NCBI GenBank assembly: GCA_022703585.1
Contig: JAKLDJ010000003.1
Span: 78,250 to 142,249, forward strand
Direction: 5' to 3'
Source of the DNA: Candidatus Omnitrophota bacterium
GTDB lineage: Bacteria > Omnitrophota > Gorgyraeia > Zapsychrales > JAKLDJ01
Length of the DNA stretch: 64,000 bases
Notes under the pieces: generated by a model
Told to the model about the DNA's origin: nothing
Seen by the model: only the letters and a program-made list of their open reading frames with translations
The model's database searches: none
In this document: in pieces, positions 16,563 through 26,638 of the stretch
How the letters are laid out: every line of letters begins with the position of its first letter
Position numbering within the stretch: position 1 is the first letter of the stretch
Made by a program: the position numbers and the translations under genes

Positions 16563-18278
16563 ATGATGTCTAGAGAAGCGCAGGCGGTATTTACTGAAAA
16601 CAGAAAATATTTTGCAGGCATTATTTTGGTTTTGGCGATTTTTATTGCCGTGTGGGCCTGGGTAGTGGTGGCTACGGCACCATGGGGTGATGAGAACTTT
16701 CATCTGGCGGCAGCAGCAGGTCTTCATTATTCCGGGAAGGCCGATCTTTGGGATATTGATAAAAACAAAATTTCAGATCTCACCGATAATCAGGACTATA
16801 ATCGGGGTCAAATTATTACCCGCCCTACGGCATTTCTTATGAAGATTTCTCTTAATAACATGCTTTTATTTCATATCATTCCGCTTTTTTTCTCTCTTCT
16901 GACTCTTGGTTTCTGGGCATGGTATGCTGGTCGGCGCATGAAATTTGGGCTTGGTGCCGTGATGTTGTTATCAATATTTATTTTGGGGCAACCGATTTTT
17001 CTTGAAGAGGCGGCATATTTGAGGGCGTATTCGGCCCTGGGATTATTTATGAGTGTTGCGGTTATCGGATTATGGGAGGCACGTGAGGGTTTTATCCGGA
17101 AGCGATGGGCGGCTGTTATGTGGGGAGGGCTAGCGGTAATGATGGCTATCGTGGTCCCGCAATTAGACCATTGGCAGTCGCAGCATATTCTGGCGATTAT
17201 TTTTTCCGCTCTTTTATTGCACGATAAAGTCTGGCAACGGACTCAAAAGTTTCTTTCTAATCCCCGGAAGGTTGCCTTCGTGGCGGTGCCCCTGTTGTTA
17301 TTGGCGCCTTTCGCGGTGATTGTCATTGATCAAATGATGGTCGGGATAAAGATGGGCAGCCGTCCGATGCCTTTGTCATTTGTCACCTATTGGGATAACA
17401 TTGCCGGCCTTTTGCGTTTTATGTTGGCGTTAAATGTCTGCCTTATTGGTTTTAAATGGTTGGCTCAGGGGCTGGTTAAAAGATCTTTTTGGTCGTGGCT
17501 TTATGTTTCCGGTATCTTGTCCGGGATTTTCCTGGCTTTGTTTCTGCCTCTAAGCCACATCTTTTATTCCCGCTTCTTTTATATCCATGTCCTTTTGGGG
17601 AGTATCGGTTTTTTGGGGCTCTTTTTAGAAAAAAATCCACAACCCGGGCTCAGGAGAGCGATGATAGCCGGTTATCTGGTAATCGGTATCTGTTTTTCGG
17701 GAATCAATTTTTATTATGATCGCGACAATAGACAAGACGGCGTGGTATGGCTCAAGGAAAATTTGAAGAAAAACGACATTCTTTTCGCATTCTCTCCTCA
17801 ATATATGTTTAATAACGGCGAAGAACTTATAGGGCGTACTTATTTTATCGGTAGATCGGCGGACCTTGAGAAAGTTGAGGAAATTATCCGGATTGCCCAA
17901 AACCCGGGAACCGGCCGCATTTTCTTTTTTTGCGCCGATTTCTACCAATTCAAGAATCGGCTTTATCATTGGACGACGGGCGGGGACAGGATTTTTAAAT
18001 ACGGCGACGAGGTAAATTATATTTATTATGCTATCCCCTCAGAGAGCGTATTAAGAAACCCAAGGGGGTTTGACATCAGGATTTACGATGCTGCTGTTTT
18101 AGCGGAGGGCTTAAAGACGCTTCGGGAAGAGGGTTTTGCCGAGCGGATTCCTCCGGTCAGTATGCATAAGAAGTTAATCAAGGGAGCCTTTGGCGCGTTC
18201 AATTTGCCGACAAAAAGGGAAGATATTCTCGAGATCCCTTTGGTCAAATGGTTCTTTAGTTTTTTTTCCCGGCAATAA
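16563..18278 (+). CDS. GT-C fold membrane glycosyltransferase (ArnT/PMT-like), putative
   Basis: More than 10 predicted TM helices. The first loop contains the WGDENFH acidic motif typical of ArnT/PMT polyprenyl-P-sugar-dependent transferases. I chose the internal ATG at 16563, preceded by RBS GGGAAAGAGGAA. Confidence 0.55.
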   Translation: MMSREAQAVFTENRKYFAGIILVLAIFIAVWAWVVVATAPWGDENFHLAAAAGLHYSGKADLWDIDKNKISDLTDNQDYNRGQIITRPTAFLMKISLNNMLLFHIIPLFFSLLTLGFWAWYAGRRMKFGLGAVMLLSIFILGQPIFLEEAAYLRAYSALGLFMSVAVIGLWEAREGFIRKRWAAVMWGGLAVMMAIVVPQLDHWQSQHILAIIFSALLLHDKVWQRTQKFLSNPRKVAFVAVPLLLLAPFAVIVIDQMMVGIKMGSRPMPLSFVTYWDNIAGLLRFMLALNVCLIGFKWLAQGLVKRSFWSWLYVSGILSGIFLALFLPLSHIFYSRFFYIHVLLGSIGFLGLFLEKNPQPGLRRAMIAGYLVIGICFSGINFYYDRDNRQDGVVWLKENLKKNDILFAFSPQYMFNNGEELIGRTYFIGRSADLEKVEEIIRIAQNPGTGRIFFFCADFYQFKNRLYHWTTGGDRIFKYGDEVNYIYYAIPSESVLRNPRGFDIRIYDAAVLAEGLKTLREEGFAERIPPVSMHKKLIKGAFGAFNLPTKREDILEIPLVKWFFSFFSRQ

Positions 18279-18311
18279 GAATATTTATCAAAACATCAAA
18301 GGGAGCGATAG

Positions 18312-20117
18312 ATGCTGATTTTGGGAATTAGTTTTGGCCATGCCGCGGCGGCGGCCTTGTTAAGGGACGGACAAATTATTGCCGCCATGGAAGAAGAGAA
18401 GATCTCTCGCATTAAAGGGCACGTGACTTTTCCGCTATTGGCGATCGGATATATGTACAAAAAATTCAATATATCGGCAAAAGATATTGATATTTTAGCG
18501 ATCGGATGCGAAGACCTGGTGGAGTTTGCTTACGGGCACCGGGCACTTAATAAGTTTTTTGGGCATACCTCTTTCGTTGATAAAATTTCCGGGGCTATTC
18601 AAGACAAGATCAAGACGATTTTTCCTTCGTTTGCGAGTGCTCCCGGTTTACGAAAGAAATTTTATCGCTATTTGGAAGAAATAGGTTTTCCCGAAGAAAA
18701 AGTCCGCTTGGTTAATCATCATCTGGCGCATGCGGTCAGCGCTTACTACACTTCTCCTTGGGATGATGCGGCTGTTATTACCAATGACGGAAAAGGAGAC
18801 GGACTTTGCGGCGCCTTCTTTGAAGCCAGGGGCAATGAGATTTTTTGCCGGGACCGCATCAAGGACTTAAACTCGGTAGGTCAATTTTACCAGTCGGTTA
18901 CAAAATTCCTGGGTTTTAAAATTAACCGTCATGAGGGGAAAATCACAGGCCTGGCGGCTTATGGGAATTTTTCCAGAACATTTCCTCTGATGAATGAAAT
19001 ATATAAATTCGAAAATGGCAAACTCCGGAATCTGTTTCACGACAACAAAGATCTCCGGGAAAACCCCATCCGCTATTTTCATGACGTCGTCAAAAATAAA
19101 GATTTTATTGCTGATGATTATGTCAGAAGCCTGGATGGGGGTTTAAGGCATTTTGCTATTGGCTACCAATTGTATCTCAATTTTTTTCGAGAGAGGATGG
19201 CGGGTTTTTCTCCTGCGGATATGGCGGCCGGCATCCAGGAGATTGCCGAGCAGGCGATTGTTGCCTACGCCAAAGCGCAGTTTGCTATCTATCCGCACCA
19301 GCATGTTTGTTTAGCCGGCGGTGTCTTTGCTAATGTTAAAATCAATCAAAGAATCCGGGAAATCGCCGGAGTCAAAAATGTTTATATTCAGCCGGCTATG
19401 GAAGATTCCGGGACGGCCCTGGGGGCGGCGATCCATATCTGGATGAATCATAAGGGAAAGATGGCAAAACCGACTTTTAATGTTTACTTAGGGCCGGAAT
19501 ATACCGATGCGCAGATAGAAGAGACTCTTAGAAAATATAATTTGAATTACAAAAAGGTCAATGAACCCGAAGAGATTTTGGGGAGGCTTATTTTTGAGGG
19601 CAAGATCATAGGAAGGTTTAATGGGGCGCTGGAATGGGGGCCGCGAGCCTTGGGGAACCGTTCCATTTTAGCGCGGCCGATCGATAAAACAATCAACGAT
19701 ACTTTAAATGAGCGTTTAAAACGTACGGAATTTATGCCGTTTGCGCCTTCCATGCTTGATGAAGACGCAAAAGATTTTCTTATCGGCTATTCACCGGACC
19801 ATATTTCGGCAAAATATATGACCATCACCTACAATGTTAATCCCGCTCGGATTGAACAAATTCAGGCGGCGGTCCATGTGGACGGGACGGCGAGGCCGCA
19901 GGTTGTTTTTGAGAAAGACAACCCTTCTTTTCACAAGATCATTAAGGCGTACAAGAAACATTCCGGCTTCGGCGTTGTTATCAATACGAGTTTTAACATG
20001 CACGAAGAGCCGATTGTCAATACTCCCGAGGATGCTATTCGGGCTTTTCTGGTGGGGGCTGTGGATGTGTTGAGCCTGGGAAATTTCTTGGTCGAGGAAA
20101 GGCCGGCGCGCGGGTAG
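18312..20117 (+). CDS. carbamoyltransferase (NodU/CmcH/TobZ family)
   Basis: N-terminus ILGISFGHAAAAALLRDGQIIAA...EEKISRIKGH and the VNHHLAHA metal-binding HxH motif match the Carbam_trans N-terminal domain. The C-terminal YrdC-like half is present. Confidence 0.85.
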   Translation: MLILGISFGHAAAAALLRDGQIIAAMEEEKISRIKGHVTFPLLAIGYMYKKFNISAKDIDILAIGCEDLVEFAYGHRALNKFFGHTSFVDKISGAIQDKIKTIFPSFASAPGLRKKFYRYLEEIGFPEEKVRLVNHHLAHAVSAYYTSPWDDAAVITNDGKGDGLCGAFFEARGNEIFCRDRIKDLNSVGQFYQSVTKFLGFKINRHEGKITGLAAYGNFSRTFPLMNEIYKFENGKLRNLFHDNKDLRENPIRYFHDVVKNKDFIADDYVRSLDGGLRHFAIGYQLYLNFFRERMAGFSPADMAAGIQEIAEQAIVAYAKAQFAIYPHQHVCLAGGVFANVKINQRIREIAGVKNVYIQPAMEDSGTALGAAIHIWMNHKGKMAKPTFNVYLGPEYTDAQIEETLRKYNLNYKKVNEPEEILGRLIFEGKIIGRFNGALEWGPRALGNRSILARPIDKTINDTLNERLKRTEFMPFAPSMLDEDAKDFLIGYSPDHISAKYMTITYNVNPARIEQIQAAVHVDGTARPQVVFEKDNPSFHKIIKAYKKHSGFGVVINTSFNMHEEPIVNTPEDAIRAFLVGAVDVLSLGNFLVEERPARG

Positions 20118-20149
20118 TTTTATTTTAAAACATCATAGAAGGAATACAT

Positions 20150-21640
20150 ATGAAGAAATTCAGAGTTTTGTTTTTATATCCTAACGGAAAACTGATGAAT
20201 CCTCCTCCGATTGCGATCGGGATATTTACGGCATTATTAAGGGAGAATGGTTTTGAGGTGGATTTGTTTGACACCACGCTTTATTCCGAACCCGGCAGCG
20301 TAGGATCGGATGATGCCAAGAAGGAAAATCTGCAGGTCAGGCCTTTTGATTACGGTTCGCGGGGCGTTAAGTTAAAAGAACGGCCTATCGCGCCGGATCT
20401 GCTTAAAAAAATTGAGGAATTCCGTCCTGATCTAATAGCGATATCAATTCTAGAATGCACCTATTCGGCGGCGCGCGCCATGCTGCAGGCTATTGAGAAG
20501 ACAGACATTCCCGTTATCGCCGGAGGGGTTTTTCCGACCTTCGCGGCCGAGAAAATGCTTATGCATAAAAATGTCCGTATGGTGTGCCGGGGCGAAGGAG
20601 AAGGGGCGTTGGTGGAGGTATGCCAGCGGATGGCGGCAGGCAAAGATTGTGATGACGTCGAGAATCTTTGTGTCAAAAGAAACGGGCGGCTGGTCCAGAA
20701 CCGGATCAGAAAACCCGTTGATATTAACAGCCTTCCGGTGTCAGATTTTAGTCTTTTTGAAGAGGCAAGGTTTTTCCGCCCTATGGCGGGAAAGGTTTAC
20801 AAAACCATTCCCATTGAGACAAACCGGGGATGTCCCTACACATGTTCTTTTTGTAACTCACCGTCCACGTCCGAAATGTATAGGGAGAATGGCTGCAAAT
20901 TCTTTAGGACAAAGAGCATGACGGCGATTCAGCGAGAGCTACGGCATCTTAAAAAGCAATGGGATGCCGAATATGTGTATTTCAGCTCGGACAATTTTCT
21001 GGTGAACTCGGATGCCGAATTTAATCAGTTCCTTGAAATCTACAAGGAGATTAATCTTCCCTTTTGGGTACAATCCCGCCCGGAAACGATCACTGAATAT
21101 CGGGCGAAGAAACTGAAAGAGATCGGCTGTCACAGGATTTCTCTGGGATTAGAGCATGGCAATGACGAGTTCAGGAAGAAGGTCCTTAAGAAGAAATTCG
21201 ATAATGAGGTAATGATCAGGGCCTCAAAAATCCTTGCCGATGCCGGGATACCGCTTACGGTCAATAATATGATCGGGTTTCCCGATGAAACCAGAGAGCT
21301 TATTTTTGACACCATAGAACTTAACCGCCAGCTGGTTACCGACACGATGAATTGCGCGGTCTTTGCTCCGTTTCACGGGACACCGCTGCAGAAGTTGTGC
21401 GTCGAACGCGGATACGTATCGGAAGACACGATTTTCGGTTCCATTAATGTCGACATACCCCTTAACATGCCCCAGCTGACCCAAGAGGACATCCGGGGGA
21501 TACGCCGGACATTTTCGCTGTATGTGCGTTTGCCTAAGAGTAATTGGCCGCAGATTCGAAGAGCCGAGAAATTCGACGAGGAAGGAAACCGCATTTTCGC
21601 CGAACTGAGCAAAATGTACCAGGAAAAATATTTTAAGTAG
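20150..21640 (+). CDS. cobalamin-binding radical SAM enzyme (second paralog)
   Basis: N-terminal B12-binding-like domain (RVLFLYPNG...IAIGIFTALL) and radical SAM motif CPYTCSFC. Confidence 0.85.
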   Translation: MKKFRVLFLYPNGKLMNPPPIAIGIFTALLRENGFEVDLFDTTLYSEPGSVGSDDAKKENLQVRPFDYGSRGVKLKERPIAPDLLKKIEEFRPDLIAISILECTYSAARAMLQAIEKTDIPVIAGGVFPTFAAEKMLMHKNVRMVCRGEGEGALVEVCQRMAAGKDCDDVENLCVKRNGRLVQNRIRKPVDINSLPVSDFSLFEEARFFRPMAGKVYKTIPIETNRGCPYTCSFCNSPSTSEMYRENGCKFFRTKSMTAIQRELRHLKKQWDAEYVYFSSDNFLVNSDAEFNQFLEIYKEINLPFWVQSRPETITEYRAKKLKEIGCHRISLGLEHGNDEFRKKVLKKKFDNEVMIRASKILADAGIPLTVNNMIGFPDETRELIFDTIELNRQLVTDTMNCAVFAPFHGTPLQKLCVERGYVSEDTIFGSINVDIPLNMPQLTQEDIRGIRRTFSLYVRLPKSNWPQIRRAEKFDEEGNRIFAELSKMYQEKYFK

Positions 21641-21662
21641 AAAACCCGCGCAGGGGAGATCA

Positions 21663-23480
21663 ATGGTTTCCGGAATTTTTTATGTTGTGATCGTTCAAAA
21701 TAAAAGACGGTTGCGAGCGTATTTGAGAAAGCAGGCCAAAGCCGTAACCGAAAAACGCTCATGCTTGATTCTATGTGAGCCGTCCGTGGATGAGCTGGAT
21801 TTATTAAAGCAGGCGCAATGCGAAATCGTTTCCAAGCCGTCTTTGATGCGGTATCGGGACCAATTCCTTAGGGAGTATATTGATTTGATAGGCATGTTAA
21901 GCCGTGAACTAGATAGCTTGATGTGGTGGGCGACCGATGCCTCGTCAAAGAATCGGCACATGTCGACCCTGCCGGCTTTGCTGGAACAATTTTTATTGGC
22001 CATGGAGACCGCTAAGCGCAAAGACGGTGATTGTCTGGTCATTTATAATGTCCCGTGGCCGGTTATTTCATCTCTAGCGAAATCATTAAGCGCCTGCGAT
22101 ATTCGTACAGTAGTCTTGAGCGATATTTACCAGTGGCATGCGGAATTGTTTTTTGGCTTTGTCCGGCGTGTCGGATCGGTCTTATGGAATATTGTCCGGA
22201 CTTCGCTTAACAAATGTTACGCCCATTTTTATTTCCCAAGATTACCCAAGATCGATGAACAATGCTATGTAGCGAAAACGTTTATTTATGAACATTTATT
22301 TACAAAAGACGGTCGCTATCAGGATATTTTCTTCGGCTCCTTGCTGGATTTTTTGCAGAAAAAAAAGAAGCTCCTCGTGCTTGCCTATGTCTGGGATCAT
22401 CACCGCCGTGTTATGAAGAAGATGAAAGAATATCGGGATTTGACCATTATTCCGGTGGAATGCTTTCTGTCCTTTTGGAGTATTGTTAAAGATTCGCTTA
22501 AGGTGCTTTTTTATAAGGCACGTACTAAAAGCAAGATTTTGTTTTTCGGTTTTGACGTAAGCGATATGATCAACCAGGAATTTACCCGGACGTTTTCTAA
22601 GATTCAACCCATCCAGCTTCTTCATTATTCACTGACCCGGTGTTTTTTAAAGCATTATTCCGTCGAGACATTTCTGATGACGTATGAAAATAATCCCTGG
22701 GAGAAGATGTGCATCCTGGCGATGAGGCGGGATTCGCCCAAAACGCAGCTGTTGACCTATCAGCACGTGGTCGTTCCTCAGGCAACGGCAAATATGTTTA
22801 CCAGCCGCCTGGAAGAGGATGTGCTGCCTCAAGCGGACCGAATCTTAACCGCGGGCCGGATTCCCAAAGAGACGATCGAAAAGTACCGTACCTCGCAAAA
22901 GGTGAAAGTAGAGGCTGCCTGTGCGCTGCGGTTTGAATATCTGCGGAATATTCCGATAAGTCCGCGCCGCAAAGCCGGAAGGATCGTTGTCGGACTAGAA
23001 GGCGTTCCGGCGATTTGTCAATTGGTCAACTATCTCTTTGAGCAATTAGGAGATAACCGCCGTTTTGAGGTATTGATCCGCACTCATCCCACATTCCCCT
23101 GGGAATCTTTTTCTTCAAAAATAAAATACGATATTAAATCTTACCCGCATTTTAAGGTTTCGCACGGCACCTCGGCCAAGGCCGATATTGATTGGGCGGA
23201 TCTGATGATTTATTGGGGCAGCACGGTGGCTTTGGAGGCTTTAAGCGCGGGGAAACCGGTTATTCACTTTGATATGGCAACGGTGCTGGATTTTGATCCG
23301 TTGTCCGATTGTCCTTATTTGCGGCGCACTGTTTCTAGTCAGGATTCGCTGGTTGTCGCAATAGACGAAATTTATAGCTGGGATGATACCGCCTTTGCGT
23401 CTCAACAACGGCAGGCCCGTCAATACATTGAAGAATATTTTTACCCGGTGACGGAAGAAAATCTTACAAAGTTTATCTAA
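21663..23480 (+). CDS. hypothetical 605-aa protein, possible GT-B-like transferase
   Basis: I can name no family. The C-terminal GSTVALEALSAGKPVIHFD resembles the GT-B nucleotide-binding half. RBS GGGGAG. Confidence 0.5.
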   Translation: MVSGIFYVVIVQNKRRLRAYLRKQAKAVTEKRSCLILCEPSVDELDLLKQAQCEIVSKPSLMRYRDQFLREYIDLIGMLSRELDSLMWWATDASSKNRHMSTLPALLEQFLLAMETAKRKDGDCLVIYNVPWPVISSLAKSLSACDIRTVVLSDIYQWHAELFFGFVRRVGSVLWNIVRTSLNKCYAHFYFPRLPKIDEQCYVAKTFIYEHLFTKDGRYQDIFFGSLLDFLQKKKKLLVLAYVWDHHRRVMKKMKEYRDLTIIPVECFLSFWSIVKDSLKVLFYKARTKSKILFFGFDVSDMINQEFTRTFSKIQPIQLLHYSLTRCFLKHYSVETFLMTYENNPWEKMCILAMRRDSPKTQLLTYQHVVVPQATANMFTSRLEEDVLPQADRILTAGRIPKETIEKYRTSQKVKVEAACALRFEYLRNIPISPRRKAGRIVVGLEGVPAICQLVNYLFEQLGDNRRFEVLIRTHPTFPWESFSSKIKYDIKSYPHFKVSHGTSAKADIDWADLMIYWGSTVALEALSAGKPVIHFDMATVLDFDPLSDCPYLRRTVSSQDSLVVAIDEIYSWDDTAFASQQRQARQYIEEYFYPVTEENLTKFI

Positions 23481-23512
23481 CAGTTATGTAGCGAATAGAA
23501 GGGGGATGTTTC

Positions 23513-24448
23513 GTGATTCCTAAAAATAATGATATGCGCTTTGAGGTAACAACAAAATGCAATTACAATTGCATTATTTGTCCGCATCATAAGCTGAACC
23601 GCAATCTTGAAATTATGAGCTTTGCCTTGTTTAAGAAGATCTTTGACAAGATTAATGCTGAAACGGCACAATACAACACGATGACTTTCTCCGGAATGGG
23701 GGAAGCGCTGCTGGACCCGACATTGGACAAGAAACTCGAATACGCAAAAAAGCGCAAGAAGGATCTGGCGGTATTGCTTTTGACCAACGGCTCGCTTCTA
23801 ACGCTTAAAAAATTTAAGCGGTTGGAGAGCCTGGGGCTATCATCCGTGCGGATCAGTTTTTACGGAGACAACCCGGAAAGCTATACCAAGGTGCATGGTA
23901 TCACAAATAAGAATATGTTTTATAATGTGCGGGATAATTTGCTGGCCATATCGAAAGCCAAACGAAAAACAAAACTGATCCTTACTTTTAATTTGGTCAA
24001 GGGCGGCAATGAAGGCGCTGTGGAAAACTGGATAAAGCTTTGGGAGGATCGGGTGGACCTCACGGAAGTCTGGCGTCCGCACAACTGGGTTGACGCCAAG
24101 AAATACCGGAAAGTTCAGCGAAAGAAGCTGAAGACCTGCGGCCGGCCGTTTGAAGGGCCTCTGCAAATCCAGGCTGATGGAACGGTCAATATGTGCTGTT
24201 TTGATTTTGACGGGAAATTGACCTTAGGGGACCTCAAGACGCAGAGCCTTAAAGAAATATTTTCGTCACCGTTGTTCAAGAAAATCGTCGCCTGCCACTC
24301 CAGCGGTAATTTTAGCGGTAGCGGGCTGATTTGCACGCACTGCGACCAGCGCAACGCCGATAAAACCGGTGTCATGATTTACAATTCTCATTTTGACGTT
24401 AATGAGCGAGTCAAGATGCTTTCGACGACGTATAGAAAAGTTATTTAG
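23513..24448 (+). CDS. radical SAM protein with C-terminal SPASM/twitch-like Cys-rich domain
   Basis: CNYNCIICPH (CxxxCxxC) near the N-terminus. C-terminal cysteines NMCCFDFDG...CHSSG...CTHCDQ are present. GTG start with RBS AGAAGGGGGA. Confidence 0.8.
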   Translation: MIPKNNDMRFEVTTKCNYNCIICPHHKLNRNLEIMSFALFKKIFDKINAETAQYNTMTFSGMGEALLDPTLDKKLEYAKKRKKDLAVLLLTNGSLLTLKKFKRLESLGLSSVRISFYGDNPESYTKVHGITNKNMFYNVRDNLLAISKAKRKTKLILTFNLVKGGNEGAVENWIKLWEDRVDLTEVWRPHNWVDAKKYRKVQRKKLKTCGRPFEGPLQIQADGTVNMCCFDFDGKLTLGDLKTQSLKEIFSSPLFKKIVACHSSGNFSGSGLICTHCDQRNADKTGVMIYNSHFDVNERVKMLSTTYRKVI

Positions 24449-24458
24449 GAGAACTTGA

Positions 24459-25454
24459 ATGGTCAGCTCCGGAGCTGTCAGTCAGGATATCGTTTCGGCC
24501 CTCTACAAGAATTACTATGAAAGCAGCGGGGATAATCAGGCGTTTATTTCCTCACATTGGCAGTATTATTTGCCACAGGTCCAAGCCCTGGCAAAAGAAG
24601 GGAGAATCGTTCCTTTGCGCGGAGATTCTTTTGGAGATTTTCAGAATACGTCTTTGTCCCGCCGATTATTTTCGATGGCCACCATCGGGAGTTATTTATT
24701 AACTTTTAAGGATCGATGGACGATTCTCAAGTTAATAAAGGTGACGGGCAAGGTTTTTAAAAGGCTGGGATTCCATCTGACCTATGACGGTTTTCGGCAA
24801 ATCTGTTCGTTAGCGTTAATTGCGAAACATATTCCTAATACAAAGAAAAAGATTACGGTTCTTTGTATAGGGGATGGTTACGGACTTTTGTCCGATCTTA
24901 TTAAAGAAATTTATCCTCATGCGAAGATTTGCTTGCTTGACCTGGGGAAAATTCTCACTTTTCAGGCCCATTTTTGCCAGCAGGCTCACCCCGAGAGCAA
25001 GCATGTTCTGAAATCCCGATTTGCTCCGTTGGCGGATGAGAGGGATGCGGATTTTACTTATTGCCCGGCCGAAGATTTATCTTTATTAGACACCTATTCA
25101 TTTGATTTGGTTGTCAATATTGCTTCGATGCAGGAAATGAATGAAGACACGATCAGGGCCTATTTTAGTTTCCTGCGCGGTCATATGAAGAAAGATAATC
25201 TTTTTTATTGTTGCAACCGTATTGAGAAGCAAATGCCCGGCGGGGAGGCCTCGCGGATTCTTTCTTATCCCTGGGACGGGAGGGATGTTCATATCGTTGA
25301 CGAGATCTGTCCATGGTTTAGATATTTCTTCTCTAGCTGGACCTTGGCTCGTGGTCCTAAGGTCATGGGTTGGCGGATCCCTTTTATTAATTATTTCGAC
25401 GGAGATATCCATCATCGATTGACGCGCATGCATATCTCTGGCAAGGCTTGCTAG
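24459..25454 (+). CDS. hypothetical protein, possibly a Rossmann-fold methyltransferase-like protein
   Basis: VLCIGDGYGLL glycine-rich loop followed by an acidic residue (CLLDLG). No other motif I can name. RBS AGGAGAA. Confidence 0.4.
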   Translation: MVSSGAVSQDIVSALYKNYYESSGDNQAFISSHWQYYLPQVQALAKEGRIVPLRGDSFGDFQNTSLSRRLFSMATIGSYLLTFKDRWTILKLIKVTGKVFKRLGFHLTYDGFRQICSLALIAKHIPNTKKKITVLCIGDGYGLLSDLIKEIYPHAKICLLDLGKILTFQAHFCQQAHPESKHVLKSRFAPLADERDADFTYCPAEDLSLLDTYSFDLVVNIASMQEMNEDTIRAYFSFLRGHMKKDNLFYCCNRIEKQMPGGEASRILSYPWDGRDVHIVDEICPWFRYFFSSWTLARGPKVMGWRIPFINYFDGDIHHRLTRMHISGKAC

Positions 25455-25494
25455 GCGGGACAGGCGTTCAATATATTGCATTATATAAAAGCAT

Positions 25495-26631
25495 ATGACT
25501 TATAATAATTATTCTCCCAAAGTCACTGTTTTAATGACCGTGTATAATGCCGGGTTGTATCTGGCGCATTCTATTAAAAGCGTTTTAAGGCAGACGTACA
25601 AAGATTTTGAACTGCTCATTATTGATGATTGTAGCTCCGACGGCTCTTTTCAAGTCGCCAGTTCTTTTAATGACGACCGCATAAAGGTCCATCGTAATTC
25701 CAGCAATATGGGGCAAACGAAATCTTTGAATGTCGGCTTAAAGTTAGCAGCAGCTCCGTATGTTGCGCGTATTGATGCCGATGATATGGTTTTTAGCCGA
25801 TGGTTGCAGGAACAGGTTGCTTTTATCGAGGATCATCCCGAATTGAGCGTGGCGAGTACCCAGGCCGTTATTATTGACGAGAACCATAACCTGCAGAAAA
25901 CATTACGTTCTTCTGTTGCGCAGGAGGAAATTCTCTTAAAATCGCTTATCCGTTCCCCCATTAACCATGTGGGATCCATTATGCGACGGAATATCATTCT
26001 GGAAAACGGCGGATATGATGAAAATTTTAAGATTGCGGCAGATTATGACCTCTGGTCTCGCCTGATCGAACGCGGGTATAAAATTAGCAGCACAAAGGAA
26101 ACGTTGGTGGCAATCAGGGTGCATAGCCAATCGGTAAGCATCTTAGAAAGGGGAGGGCGTGACCGCAGTGAATTGCTGCAAATTATGCATAAAAATATAA
26201 AAACCCTGGCAAATGCACAGTTTGATGCGCATGATGCCCAGTTGTTGTGGATGCTTATTTACGATGTTGATTCTTTAGCAGATCATGATTTCCGAGAAGC
26301 GAAAGAAGTTATAGAAAATATTTATGGAAACTTAAAAACTTCTTTGCCTATATCGCTTTCGTATCGGACGAGGGCATTACAGCGACAGATGCAGGTCATT
26401 TATGCCAAACGCGTCTTTGCGCTGATAAAGAAAAATGATGTTTTGCGCGCGCGCTTACTGATGTATGATTATTTCGATACTTACGGATGGGCCAATATAT
26501 TTCTGTTATTTCTTATTTTGACTTTTACCGGGAAGTCGATGATTGCTTTATTGCCGCGGTTGTACGACGGCATTGTGAGATTAAACACACGTCTTAAGTT
26601 TGAGAAGAAACTTTTGACAATTTTTGCATGA
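25495..26631 (+). CDS. GT2 family glycosyltransferase
   Basis: VTVLMTVYNAGLYL...YKDFELLIIDDCSSDGS and DXD at RIDADDM are present. Confidence 0.8.
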   Translation: MTYNNYSPKVTVLMTVYNAGLYLAHSIKSVLRQTYKDFELLIIDDCSSDGSFQVASSFNDDRIKVHRNSSNMGQTKSLNVGLKLAAAPYVARIDADDMVFSRWLQEQVAFIEDHPELSVASTQAVIIDENHNLQKTLRSSVAQEEILLKSLIRSPINHVGSIMRRNIILENGGYDENFKIAADYDLWSRLIERGYKISSTKETLVAIRVHSQSVSILERGGRDRSELLQIMHKNIKTLANAQFDAHDAQLLWMLIYDVDSLADHDFREAKEVIENIYGNLKTSLPISLSYRTRALQRQMQVIYAKRVFALIKKNDVLRARLLMYDYFDTYGWANIFLLFLILTFTGKSMIALLPRLYDGIVRLNTRLKFEKKLLTIFA

Positions 26632-26638
26632 GGGCGAT

